Of a stretch of 64,000 bases of DNA, positions 48,755 through 57,871 are shown in pieces. The notes below the pieces were generated by a model. That model did no database searches. It worked only from the letters and a program-made list of their open reading frames with translations, and was not told where the DNA came from. Source of the DNA: Candidatus Latescibacterota bacterium (lineage in GTDB: Bacteria; Latescibacterota; UBA2968; UBA8231); assembly GCA_965215195.1 (NCBI GenBank), contig CBDCDC010000001.1, forward strand, positions 192,001 through 256,000, in the 5' to 3' direction. Positions within the stretch are counted from its first letter, which is position 1. The number at the start of each line of letters is the position of its first letter. A program made the position numbers and the translations under genes.

Positions 48755-50203
48755 TCAGAAGGGGGATTTTTCCACGGAAGTGGCGCAGGGCATGATCGCA
48801 GCATCAACCATGCCGTGCAGGATCTTCTTGTCGGCCGGGAACACTAGCGCTTGAATGCCGCACAGGCGCGGCGCATCGCCGATGACGTAGTAATAAGGAC
48901 GCAGCATCACCCGGCCCCGCATGGGCACGACCTCGTCGCGGTAGAAGTCGTAGTAGCGCACGGTGCGGCGGGCGGCCTTGTGGAACTCCTGCAAGATATA
49001 GGGCTGGTGCGCAAAGTGGTCGAGTGCCTCTTGTACGCGCTCGGCCCACTCGGCTTCGGGCAGATCGTGGCCGATGGACACGCCCTTGCTCTCATACGCG
49101 ATACTGGAAAAACCCGAGGGCTTGAGCACGAGCTCGCGCTGCTTTTTGGTTAGCTGCTTCAACTGCTGCCAGTCGCTGACGGGCTGGCCGCCAATGTCGA
49201 GGCCGGGAATGATGGCGTGGGGCGGCAGCGGCCGCGCATCGACGATCCAAGAGCGCGGAATTAGGCTGCCCAAGGCGGCAAAAGGCTCCTTGCCCAAGGC
49301 GCGGCGCCAATAGGATTTGAGCGCGGGGTGGTGATAGAGCGCCAGCCAGAGCTTTTCTTCGAGATAGGCCTTCGGCGGCGGGGTCAGGCACAGGGCGTTC
49401 TTCTTGGTGAAATAGGCAAAAAGATCGGCCTTGGGAATGTTTTTGAGGTCGAACAACTCGAAGAAGCGATAGGCCGCGTCAATGCGCCAAGGGGCCGGCT
49501 CGTCAGGGCCTTGGAGGAAGAGGCCATTTTCGTCAAAGCGAGCCTCGCGCGGATGGGCACTGCGGGCCGGTCTGCCGGCCGCCTGCAAGCGCTCGACCAG
49601 CCATTCCATTTCTCGGCGATAGGCCTCGGATTCGTCCGAGACAAAGAGGGCAAAATGCGGCTCGGCTACCTTGGCGGCCGCGGCAATAGCTTCGTAGAAT
49701 GGGTCGATCAGGCCGCGGGCCCCGCCGATGATGGCGTAGCCGAGGTCGGCATAGGCCTCCGAGACTTGGGCGGTGAAGCCCATGCCGCCGGGAATGGCGT
49801 CTAGCTCGACCAACTTGAAGCCATCCTCGGTGAGCAAAAGGTCCGGGCGGATGACCAAGGGCAACTGGGACTTGATGCGATTCCAGAGGCCCATCTCGCG
49901 CACGGCACTCGGTTTGCCCAAGTCCAAGTACTCGTGGATCCAAGGCGGCTCAACGCCCTTGACGCTCTGGTGGTAGAGCTGGTTGCAGGCCCGGTAAAAC
50001 TGATATAGGACGCCGCCGAGCTGGTCTAAGTAGCGGTGTTGTGCCGGCGAGAGCCAGAAAGGCTCCGGGGCAATGCGCCACGGCAGATTGCTGTCCGGGT
50101 GTACATGGGTGCGGTCGCCTTCAAAAAGGCCGCCGGCCGGACAATGGGCGTTGATGTGGAGGCAGAGCGCTTTGAGGTCGGATGCAGTGCTCGGGAGGGA
50201 CAT
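48755..50203 (-). CDS. Putative ATP-grasp-fold ligase (glutathionylspermidine-synthase/circularly permuted ATP-grasp-like)
   Basis: RPDLLL, ELDAIPGG, EEK, VLKPSGFS...GV.IG, YILQEF. Confidence 0.6.
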   Translation of the reverse strand: MSLPSTASDLKALCLHINAHCPAGGLFEGDRTHVHPDSNLPWRIAPEPFWLSPAQHRYLDQLGGVLYQFYRACNQLYHQSVKGVEPPWIHEYLDLGKPSAVREMGLWNRIKSQLPLVIRPDLLLTEDGFKLVELDAIPGGMGFTAQVSEAYADLGYAIIGGARGLIDPFYEAIAAAAKVAEPHFALFVSDESEAYRREMEWLVERLQAAGRPARSAHPREARFDENGLFLQGPDEPAPWRIDAAYRFFELFDLKNIPKADLFAYFTKKNALCLTPPPKAYLEEKLWLALYHHPALKSYWRRALGKEPFAALGSLIPRSWIVDARPLPPHAIIPGLDIGGQPVSDWQQLKQLTKKQRELVLKPSGFSSIAYESKGVSIGHDLPEAEWAERVQEALDHFAHQPYILQEFHKAARRTVRYYDFYRDEVVPMRGRVMLRPYYYVIGDAPRLCGIQALVFPADKKILHGMVDAAIMPCATSVEKSPF

Positions 50204-50333
50204 CGAATAGGCTCTCTAAGATGGATGTAACCAATGTAGGACAAATGGTCCGCTCGGTCAACGACGGGCCGGTTGGCCTTTGGCAAGACCAAGCCCGCAG
50301 CGCATATTTGCTCGGACGACAAAGGAGCGCGAT

Positions 50334-51164
50334 ATGGAGCTGATAGGGAGGCGTTGCCTAGTGACCGGCGGGGGGCGCGGCCTTGGCCGGGCCTTGGCCT
50401 TGGCCTTGGCGCGGGAAGGGGCGCACGTGGCGATTGTGGCCCGCACCAGATCAGAGCTGGACGAGACGGCCGCGCTTTTGGCCGACCAAGGCCAAGCGGC
50501 GTTGAAATTGCGGGCGGATGTGGGGCGGCGCGAGGAGGTAGATGCGGCCATTGAGCGCGTGCTCGCAGCTTGGGATGGCGTCGATGTGCTGGTCAACAAC
50601 GCCGGGATTCAGGGGCCTATCGGGCGGGTGGAAGAGGTCGATCCAGAGGCTTGGATGCAGGTGGTGCAGGTCAACCTCGGCGGCTGTTTCTACTGCACCC
50701 GCAAGGTCTTGCCGGCCATGATCGCCCAGCACTACGGCAAGATCATCAACCTCTCGGGCGGCGGCGCGGTAGGACCGCGGCCCTTCTTTAGCGCGTATAG
50801 CGCCTCCAAGGCCGGAATCGTGCGCTTTAGCGAAAACTTGGCCGGAGAAGTGGCCGAGCACGGCATTGACGTCAACGCCCTTGCCCCCGGAGCGGTTAAC
50901 ACGCGGATGCTCGATCAGCGGCTAGCAGCCGGCGCGGCTGTGAGTGCAGCGGAACGAGAGCAGGACCAGCGCCTGCTGCGCGAGGGCGACGCTACAGGCG
51001 AGCGAGCGGCCGCACTGGCGGTCTATCTGGCCTCGGCGCGCTCAGACGGGCTGACGGGCCGGTTGCTGTCCGCGGTTTGGGATCCGTGGGAAGCCCTCGA
51101 TGTCGAGGCGATTATGGCCACGGAGACTTTTGCGGTGCGGCGCGTCCAACAGCAGGAGGGCTGA
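50334..51164 (+). CDS. Short-chain dehydrogenase/reductase
   Basis: TGGGRGLG, NNAG, YSASK, PGAVNT. Confidence 0.93.
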   Translation: MELIGRRCLVTGGGRGLGRALALALAREGAHVAIVARTRSELDETAALLADQGQAALKLRADVGRREEVDAAIERVLAAWDGVDVLVNNAGIQGPIGRVEEVDPEAWMQVVQVNLGGCFYCTRKVLPAMIAQHYGKIINLSGGGAVGPRPFFSAYSASKAGIVRFSENLAGEVAEHGIDVNALAPGAVNTRMLDQRLAAGAAVSAAEREQDQRLLREGDATGERAAALAVYLASARSDGLTGRLLSAVWDPWEALDVEAIMATETFAVRRVQQQEG

Positions 51165-52184
51165 GTGTACAAGGTGGGAATCGTCGGCGCGGGGCGCATG
51201 GGGCGGCGGCGGGCGGCCACGGCCCGGGCCCATCCCGCGTCCGCCGTGGCCCTGATCTACGACGAGTGCGCCTCCACCGCCGCCGAACTGGCCGCCAAAT
51301 GCGGAGCCGCGGTAGCGGCTTCGTGGGAGGAGCTAGTCGCGGCCGACCTCGACATCGCAGTGGTCGCGACGACGCACGACGCCTTGGCCCCCATCAGCAC
51401 CGCCGCCCTCTTGGCCGGCCAACACGTCTTGTGCGAAAAGCCGCTGGGGCGCAACCCTCGGGAAGCCCGGCAGGCCGTGGCCGCGGCCGAGCGGAGCGGG
51501 CGCGTGCTCAAGGTTGGCTACAACCACCGCTATCACCCCGCCATCCAAAAGCTGCACGCGGTTTGCACGGCCGGCGAGATCGGCCCGCTGCTGAGCATCC
51601 GGGCGCGCTATGGCCACGGCGGGCGACCCGGCTACGAGCGCGAGTGGCGGGCGAGCCCCGAGAAGGCCGGCGGCGGCGAGCTGTTGGACCAAGGGGCGCA
51701 TCTCATCGACTTGGCCAAGTGGCTGTTGGGGGACTTTGCCGAAGTCACAGGCTATGCCGAGACCCATTTCTGGGACGCACCCGTGGAGGACAATGCCTAC
51801 GGACTCTTTCGCACGGCCACCGGGCAGATCGCCTCCCTGCACGCGAGTTGGACGCAGTGGAAAAACCTCTTCAGCTTCGAGGTTTTTGGACGCGACGGCT
51901 ATGTCTGCGCCGAGGGTTTGGGGGGAGCCTATGGGCCAGAACGCGCCGTCGTAGGGCGGCGCAATCCCCGAGGTGGCGCACCAGACAGCGAGTGCTTCTC
52001 CTACCCGGACGAAGACCGCTCGTGGGAGCTGGAGTGGGCCGATTTTTTGCGCGGTATAGCCGGCGCGGGCACTCCTCATTCGCTTGGACGGGAGGCTTTG
52101 GAGACTATCGAGTGGATTTACCGGCTCTACCAAGCGGCGGCCGAGGGGCGCTCCGTGCGGCGGGAAGAATCTCTAACCATATAG
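51165..52184 (+). CDS. Gfo/Idh/MocA-family oxidoreductase
   Basis: GAGRMG, HVLCEKP, GGGELLDQGAH. Confidence 0.93.
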   Translation: MYKVGIVGAGRMGRRRAATARAHPASAVALIYDECASTAAELAAKCGAAVAASWEELVAADLDIAVVATTHDALAPISTAALLAGQHVLCEKPLGRNPREARQAVAAAERSGRVLKVGYNHRYHPAIQKLHAVCTAGEIGPLLSIRARYGHGGRPGYEREWRASPEKAGGGELLDQGAHLIDLAKWLLGDFAEVTGYAETHFWDAPVEDNAYGLFRTATGQIASLHASWTQWKNLFSFEVFGRDGYVCAEGLGGAYGPERAVVGRRNPRGGAPDSECFSYPDEDRSWELEWADFLRGIAGAGTPHSLGREALETIEWIYRLYQAAAEGRSVRREESLTI

Positions 52185-52263
52185 AAAAAAATGAGTTATG
52201 GGGAGTACGGTCGCTGCGCCACTAGGTGCGGCGATTATTTTTTGCCGCGCGCGTTATTTTTTT

Positions 52264-52285
52264 GAAAATTTTGCGCAAAAATTTC
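52264..52285. promoter_or_regulatory. AT-rich palindrome, putative operator
   Basis: gaaaattttgc|gcaaaaatttc, 10/11 arm match. Confidence 0.45.
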
Positions 52286-52341
52286 TTACCATATAGATAG
52301 CTAGACGGCAAACACTACTTTTTTGTCATAGAAAGGAAGGA

Positions 52342-52404
52342 ATGCCTTTAGGCGAAGTGAAGTACCCTAAACCAACTATCTACCCGCATCTCAGAGACCC
52401 TTAA
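52342..52404 (+). CDS. Putative 20-aa Pro-rich small/leader peptide MPLGEVKYPKPTIYPHLRDP
   Basis: AAAGGAAGG immediately upstream; stop 16 nt before the next ATG. Confidence 0.4.
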   Translation: MPLGEVKYPKPTIYPHLRDP

Positions 52405-52420
52405 CCCCGCAGGAAGTGCT

Positions 52421-52672
52421 ATGAGAACAGATCAGGATGTCGCCCAAGTGGAACGCGTTGCGATGGCTTATCGACGCCTTGCTAATGCTATGATTCTCAG
52501 TACTTTACGCGAAATATCCAAGATGGATGAGGTCGTGGAAACGCCAGATGACACCCCGGAGATGGCCTTTGTCGAAAGCTCTAGGATCGATCCTTGGTGC
52601 GAGCTGGCCGGCCTCGAACCCGAAGTCGTGCGCAAGGCCGCCAAACGGCTGATTGAGGAACGACCTTTTTAG
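52421..52672 (+). CDS. Small hypothetical protein (83 aa)
   Basis: AGGA SD, ATG start, followed by a terminator. Confidence 0.65.
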   Translation: MRTDQDVAQVERVAMAYRRLANAMILSTLREISKMDEVVETPDDTPEMAFVESSRIDPWCELAGLEPEVVRKAAKRLIEERPF

Positions 52673-52693
52673 CACACAACAGCACAAACCAAC

Positions 52694-52729
52694 AAAAAGC
52701 TCCGGGACGAACACTTCCGGAGCTTTTTT
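52694..52729. terminator. Bidirectional intrinsic terminator
   Basis: aaaaagctccgg...ccggagcttttt between convergent genes. Confidence 0.85.
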
Positions 52730-52733
52730 GCGT

Positions 52734-54722
52734 TTAATAGCCAGCGCGGAGCGCGGAGCGCGCTGCGTGGTCGAGGAGGCCGTGTACCACCTTTTCGGCA
52801 TCGCGGTGGCGCAGATCCTCAAAGCGCAAGGCCCAGACGTGGTCCCGGTACGCCATGTTGCGCAGCTCGATGAGGACCTTGACGTCAGCGGGGTTGTTGC
52901 GCAAGACCCCTAGCCCCTGCCCGCGGACGCGGGCACCAGCCCCCAATGCCGGAAGCAGGGAGCGGGCAAATTGGTGCGAGACGCGATCTACGCGCCCACT
53001 CCTGCTGCTTTTGTAGTATAAAACCAGCGGTGCTTCTGGGGCCTTGGGGTCGATGTCGGCGTGGAAGGAGAGAAAGATGCGCCGGCCGCGCGGCGCGTTG
53101 GCAAAAGCCTGACGGGCAACGCGCACGCGAGTCGAAAGATTTTTGCCGCGCGGCCAGTGGTTGTAAGCGGCCAAGTTGTACACTTCGTTCTTTTCGTTGA
53201 CAAAGGTCTGGGTCGGCGGCTCGCTTTGGCGAATTAGGTGGTTGGGGCTGAGTAGGGTCATGGTGGCGTGGGCCCCGTGCAAGCGCACCAAGACATAGAC
53301 CCGCAGCGCGATGTCGAACACGTACTCGTCTTCAACTACATAGAGCCTGTTGCCATTGCCGTCGCGGGTGGACACCACCGCGCCCGGGTCCAGCCCGCCG
53401 TGCCCCGGGTCGAGGACGATGTGCCAGCCTTCCAACCGAGAACTCAAGCGTCCCATGTTCCCGACCTTGCGCTCAAATTCCCGCCACAGGCGCACTGCTT
53501 GGCGATAAGTCTGGCGCGGCGAGCTTGGATGCTCCTCGTAATAGGTCTTGTTCGGCTGGCGCTTATTGCGCGGCCGAGAAAAGTAGTACGGGCCATTGTC
53601 TAATGCGATTTTCGGCACGTCAGCGCGGCGGATCTGCAGGTCGTCCCAATTGATCTCAGACAATTCCACCCAGCGCATCGGCCGCACCTTGAGCTGGTCG
53701 CCCGGGTGGATGACGGCGTTTCTCTTCAATTTGTTGATGCGGGTGATTTCAGCCACGCTCATCTGGTGCAGTCGGGCGATCTGCGCGAGGTAATCGCCCC
53801 GCTGCACCACGTACGTGGCCAGCCGCGGACCGTCCATAGGCGCGGCACTCGGTTCGAGCTTCCGGTCGGGGTAGAGCTTCAGCTCTTGGCCTGGGTAGAT
53901 GCGGTTTGACCGCAGGCCGTTGAGCACCTTGAGGCGATAGACGCTGATGCCGTACGCACGGGCAATCTCCCACAGCGCGTCCCCGCGCTCCACGATGTGT
54001 ACCGTGCTCTCCGCGTCTTTGAGGCGGAGCTTCTGGCCGATGAGAATTCGGTCGCCGACAAGGGCGTTGAGGCGCTGCAATTGGCTGACCGAGACTCGGT
54101 AGCGCCGGGCGATCTCGGTCAGGTTTTCGCCCTCTTGCACCACGTGGACAGCTTCATCTAACCGCGAAGCGCGCAGGCGGAGCTTTTGTCCGGGCCGGAT
54201 GAGGTCGCTTTTGAGCTGGTTGAGTTGGCGCAGAAAACCCAAGCTCACGTCGAATCGCAGGGCGATTTTCGAGAGGGTGTCGCCGCGCCGAACCGCGTAT
54301 TCGCGCGGCTCTTCGTCGTGGTCGTCGGCCAAGGTGCTCCGAGTGGGCGCGGCCGGTTGCAAGCGGAGCTTTTGTCCGACGTGGATGACGTCCCCAGCGA
54401 GGCGGTTGATCGCCTTGAGCTTATAGACCGAGACCGAAAACTGCCGAGCGATTTTCGAGAGGGTGTCGCCGCGCCGAACGCGATACCAATCGCCGCTTTG
54501 CGCTGGAAGCCCAACTTTGAGGCGCTGGCCAGGGTATATCCTACTGCCGCGGAGCTTGTTCCAGCGCTTGATTTGCCCCAGCGAGACGCGGTAGCGCACG
54601 GCAATATCAGAGAGAGTATCCCCTCGTTTGACCACATAGACGATTGGATTTTTGCGCTCGGCGGCGTCAATGGCAAAAGCACACAAGAGCAGCGCCACCA
54701 AGATAGGGACCGGGCGCGACAT
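52734..54722 (-). CDS. Six-LysM N-acetylmuramoyl-L-alanine amidase (Amidase_3)
   Basis: Signal peptide; six (Y/H)xVxxG(D/E)xL repeats; IVLDPGHGG, E, SFHAD, LIEL. Confidence 0.9.
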   Translation of the reverse strand: MSRPVPILVALLLCAFAIDAAERKNPIVYVVKRGDTLSDIAVRYRVSLGQIKRWNKLRGSRIYPGQRLKVGLPAQSGDWYRVRRGDTLSKIARQFSVSVYKLKAINRLAGDVIHVGQKLRLQPAAPTRSTLADDHDEEPREYAVRRGDTLSKIALRFDVSLGFLRQLNQLKSDLIRPGQKLRLRASRLDEAVHVVQEGENLTEIARRYRVSVSQLQRLNALVGDRILIGQKLRLKDAESTVHIVERGDALWEIARAYGISVYRLKVLNGLRSNRIYPGQELKLYPDRKLEPSAAPMDGPRLATYVVQRGDYLAQIARLHQMSVAEITRINKLKRNAVIHPGDQLKVRPMRWVELSEINWDDLQIRRADVPKIALDNGPYYFSRPRNKRQPNKTYYEEHPSSPRQTYRQAVRLWREFERKVGNMGRLSSRLEGWHIVLDPGHGGLDPGAVVSTRDGNGNRLYVVEDEYVFDIALRVYVLVRLHGAHATMTLLSPNHLIRQSEPPTQTFVNEKNEVYNLAAYNHWPRGKNLSTRVRVARQAFANAPRGRRIFLSFHADIDPKAPEAPLVLYYKSSRSGRVDRVSHQFARSLLPALGAGARVRGQGLGVLRNNPADVKVLIELRNMAYRDHVWALRFEDLRHRDAEKVVHGLLDHAARSALRAGY

Positions 54723-54808
54723 AGGCTAGATATTGGAATTTGGAATTGGACAACAGGGGAAGGGGTGCTGCAAGTATAACGCTATTGCGGTGATAGCGCA
54801 AAGGCTAC

Positions 54809-54837
54809 TTGCTGGCAATAGAGGGGCAACCTATACT
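54809..54837 (+). promoter_or_regulatory. Promoter for a probably leaderless selA mRNA
   Basis: TTGCTG-17 bp-TATACT ending 8 nt before ATG 54846; no SD. Confidence 0.55.
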
Positions 54838-54845
54838 TCGCCCCC

Positions 54846-56228
54846 ATGAATGAAGCTAGGCTGCCCTCGGTAGATCAGATGCTCAAGCAGGTCGCCGACC
54901 TCTTGCGAAAGTACGACCGCGCCTATGTCGTCGATCAGGTGCGCCGCTGCATTGCGGACGTGCGTCGCCAAGTGCGGGCGGGCACTGTGGACGAGGAACG
55001 GGCGGTCTTGGACGTGCGAATTGAGCGGGCCGTGCGCCGCTGCATTGAGCAGGAGGCCACGCCCCGGCTGCGCCGCGTCGTCAACGCCACCGGCGTGGTG
55101 CTGCACACCGGATTGGGCCGTGCGCCGCTGCCCCGAGTGGCCCAAGAGGCCGTCGCACGGGTGGCCACCGGCTATTGCAACCTCGAATTCGAGCTGGAGT
55201 CGGGCAAACGCGGCGAGCGCGTCGCACACGTGGAGGCCCTTATATGCGCGGCGACCGCTGCAGAAGCCGCCGCCGTGGTCAACAACAACGCCGCGGCCGT
55301 GCTCCTGCTGCTCGACACCTTGGCGCGGGGGCGGGAAGTGGTGGTTTCGCGGGGGCAACAAGTCGAAATCGGCGGCTCATTCCGCCTGCCCGACATCATC
55401 GCCGCCAGTGGGGCCAAGCTGCGCGAGATTGGCACGACGAACCGCACGCACTTGCGCGACTACGAGCACGCCGTCGGCCCGGCGACCGGCGCCATTTTAG
55501 TGGTGCATCCGAGTAATTACAGGGTACAGGGCTTTACCGCCGAGGTTGACTTAAAGGACTTGGCCACCCTCAGCCAGCGCGCAGGGGTGCCGCTGGTCCA
55601 CGACTTGGGGAGCGGTGCCTTGGTTGATCTGGAACAGTGGGGGCTGCCGCCTGAGCCGCTAGTCGCCGCGAGTCTCAAGGCCGGGGCGACCGCGGTCAGC
55701 TTTAGCGGCGACAAGGTGCTGGGCGGGCCGCAAGCCGGTATTATCGCCGGCCAGCGTCCCTATGTAGAGCAAGTGCGCCAAAATCCCCTGATGCGCGCCC
55801 TGCGCTGCGACAAGCTGATCTACGCTGCGCTCGAAGCGGTGTTGTCGCTCTATCGCCTGCGGCCGGACGAGCTAACGCAGGCCCTGCCGGCGCTGGCGAT
55901 GCTGCGGACGACCGTTGAGACGCTAGACAAGCGCGCCCAGCGGCTGTTGTCCCTCTTGCCCGAGGCGGTCTGCCGCGCCCTCCGCCTCGCAGTGGTCGAA
56001 TCGCTGGCCCAAGCCGGCAGCGGGTCCCTGCCCTTGGCCGAGATCCCCAGCCGGGCCCTAGCCCTCCAGCCGAGCGCGGTCCGAGTCGAGCAGCTAGGGC
56101 GCCAGCTCAGGCGGCAGGGCATCGTCGGTCGCATCGCCCGCGAGCGGCTCCTGCTCGACATGCGCACCGTGCGCGACGACGAGGTAGAATGGATCGCCCG
56201 AGCATTGACCCACGTCGCGGCGCAGTGA
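54846..56228 (+). CDS. selA: L-seryl-tRNA(Sec) selenium transferase
   Basis: VVNATGVVLHTGLGRA, VNNNAAA, EIGGSFR, HPSNY, FSGDKVLGGPQAG. Confidence 0.95.
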   Translation: MNEARLPSVDQMLKQVADLLRKYDRAYVVDQVRRCIADVRRQVRAGTVDEERAVLDVRIERAVRRCIEQEATPRLRRVVNATGVVLHTGLGRAPLPRVAQEAVARVATGYCNLEFELESGKRGERVAHVEALICAATAAEAAAVVNNNAAAVLLLLDTLARGREVVVSRGQQVEIGGSFRLPDIIAASGAKLREIGTTNRTHLRDYEHAVGPATGAILVVHPSNYRVQGFTAEVDLKDLATLSQRAGVPLVHDLGSGALVDLEQWGLPPEPLVAASLKAGATAVSFSGDKVLGGPQAGIIAGQRPYVEQVRQNPLMRALRCDKLIYAALEAVLSLYRLRPDELTQALPALAMLRTTVETLDKRAQRLLSLLPEAVCRALRLAVVESLAQAGSGSLPLAEIPSRALALQPSAVRVEQLGRQLRRQGIVGRIARERLLLDMRTVRDDEVEWIARALTHVAAQ

Positions 56229-56638
56229 GAACTGGGCTGTTGCTAGCGGCTTGGCTGCTCAGCGGCTGCGGCGGCAAAGAACCCACCGCACCGCTGGCCC
56301 CTGCGCCCCCCGAACCCACCGGCCGAGACGGGATAGTTGCGGTCGCCAACCACACAGCCCACGATCTCGAAGTGACCTACCTCAACGAGACCGATGCGGA
56401 CGCGCCGCGGATTGTGCGCACTCGCGTGCTGGCTGGCCAGCGCACCGAGGTTTCGGACGGGGTGCTGCCAGCCGGTCTAGAAGTGGAATTCGACCTAGTA
56501 CTCGTGCCGCACACGGCAGACGGGATTCGGGTGCGGCGCAAGATCCGGGTCGCGATTGACGGCGATTGGGTCTTGAGTGTGCGCTTGGCGGACGAATCCG
56601 ACCCCTTCAGCCTAGCGATCACCAGCGCGTCCCCATAG
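56225..56638 (+). CDS. Putative lipoprotein
   Basis: GTGA overlap with selA; MRTGLLLAAWLLSGC lipobox. Confidence 0.7.
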   Translation: MRTGLLLAAWLLSGCGGKEPTAPLAPAPPEPTGRDGIVAVANHTAHDLEVTYLNETDADAPRIVRTRVLAGQRTEVSDGVLPAGLEVEFDLVLVPHTADGIRVRRKIRVAIDGDWVLSVRLADESDPFSLAITSASP

Positions 56639-56663
56639 CTCAAAGAGAGCGCAACATTTTCGC

Positions 56664-56710
56664 TTGCTTTATCGCGGGGCGGGTTTTACGTTTGAGAACC
56701 CCGCGATAAA
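56664..56710 (+). promoter_or_regulatory. 12-bp inverted repeat overlapping a putative promoter
   Basis: tttatcgcgggg/ccccgcgataaa; TTGCTT-17 bp-TACGTT overlaps it. Confidence 0.5.
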
Positions 56711-56830
56711 TTTCAGCACCTTCCCCTTACTTTTTCGTCTCTCGCATAGCGCAAGAGCCGTTTCCGTTTCTGCTAAATTGGCTAGCTGTGCCAGCCGCGT
56801 GCTTTGGCACAGCTAAGAGGTCAAAAACCT

Positions 56831-57811
56831 ATGGTATTGGACATCCGCGGCTGGCGCGAAGAAACTGCGCCAACCGCCGAAACATCGCTAGACCAATTGC
56901 TCCAAGGCGAACAGCTCAACGCGGACGATTTGGAGCAGCTCTTGACCATTGCCGAGGACTCGGACGACAGCCGCCGGCTAGCGGCCATTGACGTCTTGAG
57001 CCGTCACCGCTCTTGGCTGGCTTCGCTCGGCATGTTGCGCCGGATCGTGCGATTGGCGCACAAGGAGCACGACCGCGGCCCAGCCGCGGCCTTGGTGCAA
57101 GCGTTGCGCCAGTGCGACGAGGTCGCCCAATTCCTAACGAGCAAAGAGCGTGCGGTCGCCCGCGAGGCCGCGCAAGGCGTACCGATCAGCCGCCAGACCC
57201 TCGCACCGATCGCCGCGGCCCTAGCCGCGGGCCTCCCAGCCGACATCGCGGCCGTACTCCTCGACAAAATTCGCCGCACCCATCCCTCTATGGTGCCCTA
57301 TGCAGTCGATTGCCTCCTCAAGTGCGCCCCCAACGAGAGCCTCTTGCGCGCGTTCTTGGCGCACTTGCCGCAAGTACCGCTCTGCGCGCTCTTTGTCGAG
57401 GCCGGGCTGCCGCAAACCATGGCTTCGGCCGCACAAGCCCGCGCTTGGCAGCAGGCGGCGCGAATGGCCACCGAGGTCCTCCAAGAGGCCCCATCGGCCA
57501 AGCTGCTGCGCCACCTGCTCAGCAAGAGTAGCGAGGACGCGGCCTTCGCTCGCAGCCACGCCCGCTTCCTGCGCGGAATCGCCCAGCGAGCCGACTCGTC
57601 GTTGGACGCCGATTTAATCGGCCACTTCGAGCGGCTCACCTCTGGCGCCTCCGAGGACAAGGTGGCCCGTCTAGCCCAGCTATTAGTCGGGTTGAGTAGG
57701 AGGCTCGACGGCCAAGCAGGGCAGCAGGCGGCAGCCCTCTTAGAAAATTGGAAATCCCGCTCGGCCTCGCTCAAGCTCAAGATCTATCACCTAGAGCAAG
57801 GCATCCGCTGA
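56831..57811 (+). CDS. Hypothetical alpha-helical (HEAT-like) protein
   Basis: Ala/Leu-rich helical repeats; GAGG upstream; terminator downstream. Confidence 0.6.
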   Translation: MVLDIRGWREETAPTAETSLDQLLQGEQLNADDLEQLLTIAEDSDDSRRLAAIDVLSRHRSWLASLGMLRRIVRLAHKEHDRGPAAALVQALRQCDEVAQFLTSKERAVAREAAQGVPISRQTLAPIAAALAAGLPADIAAVLLDKIRRTHPSMVPYAVDCLLKCAPNESLLRAFLAHLPQVPLCALFVEAGLPQTMASAAQARAWQQAARMATEVLQEAPSAKLLRHLLSKSSEDAAFARSHARFLRGIAQRADSSLDADLIGHFERLTSGASEDKVARLAQLLVGLSRRLDGQAGQQAAALLENWKSRSASLKLKIYHLEQGIR

Positions 57812-57837
57812 GCATTTGTTCCAATACGAGTCTCCCC

Positions 57838-57871
57838 AAGGGCCGTTCGTCGACGGGCGAACGGCCTTTTT
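57838..57871. terminator. Intrinsic terminator between convergent genes
   Basis: ggccgttcg...cgaacggcc followed by TTTTT. Confidence 0.75.

Noticed and set aside
54180-54630. DNA repeats such as gcgattttcgagagggtgtcgccgcgccgaac
   Set aside because: Explained by tandem LysM domains.
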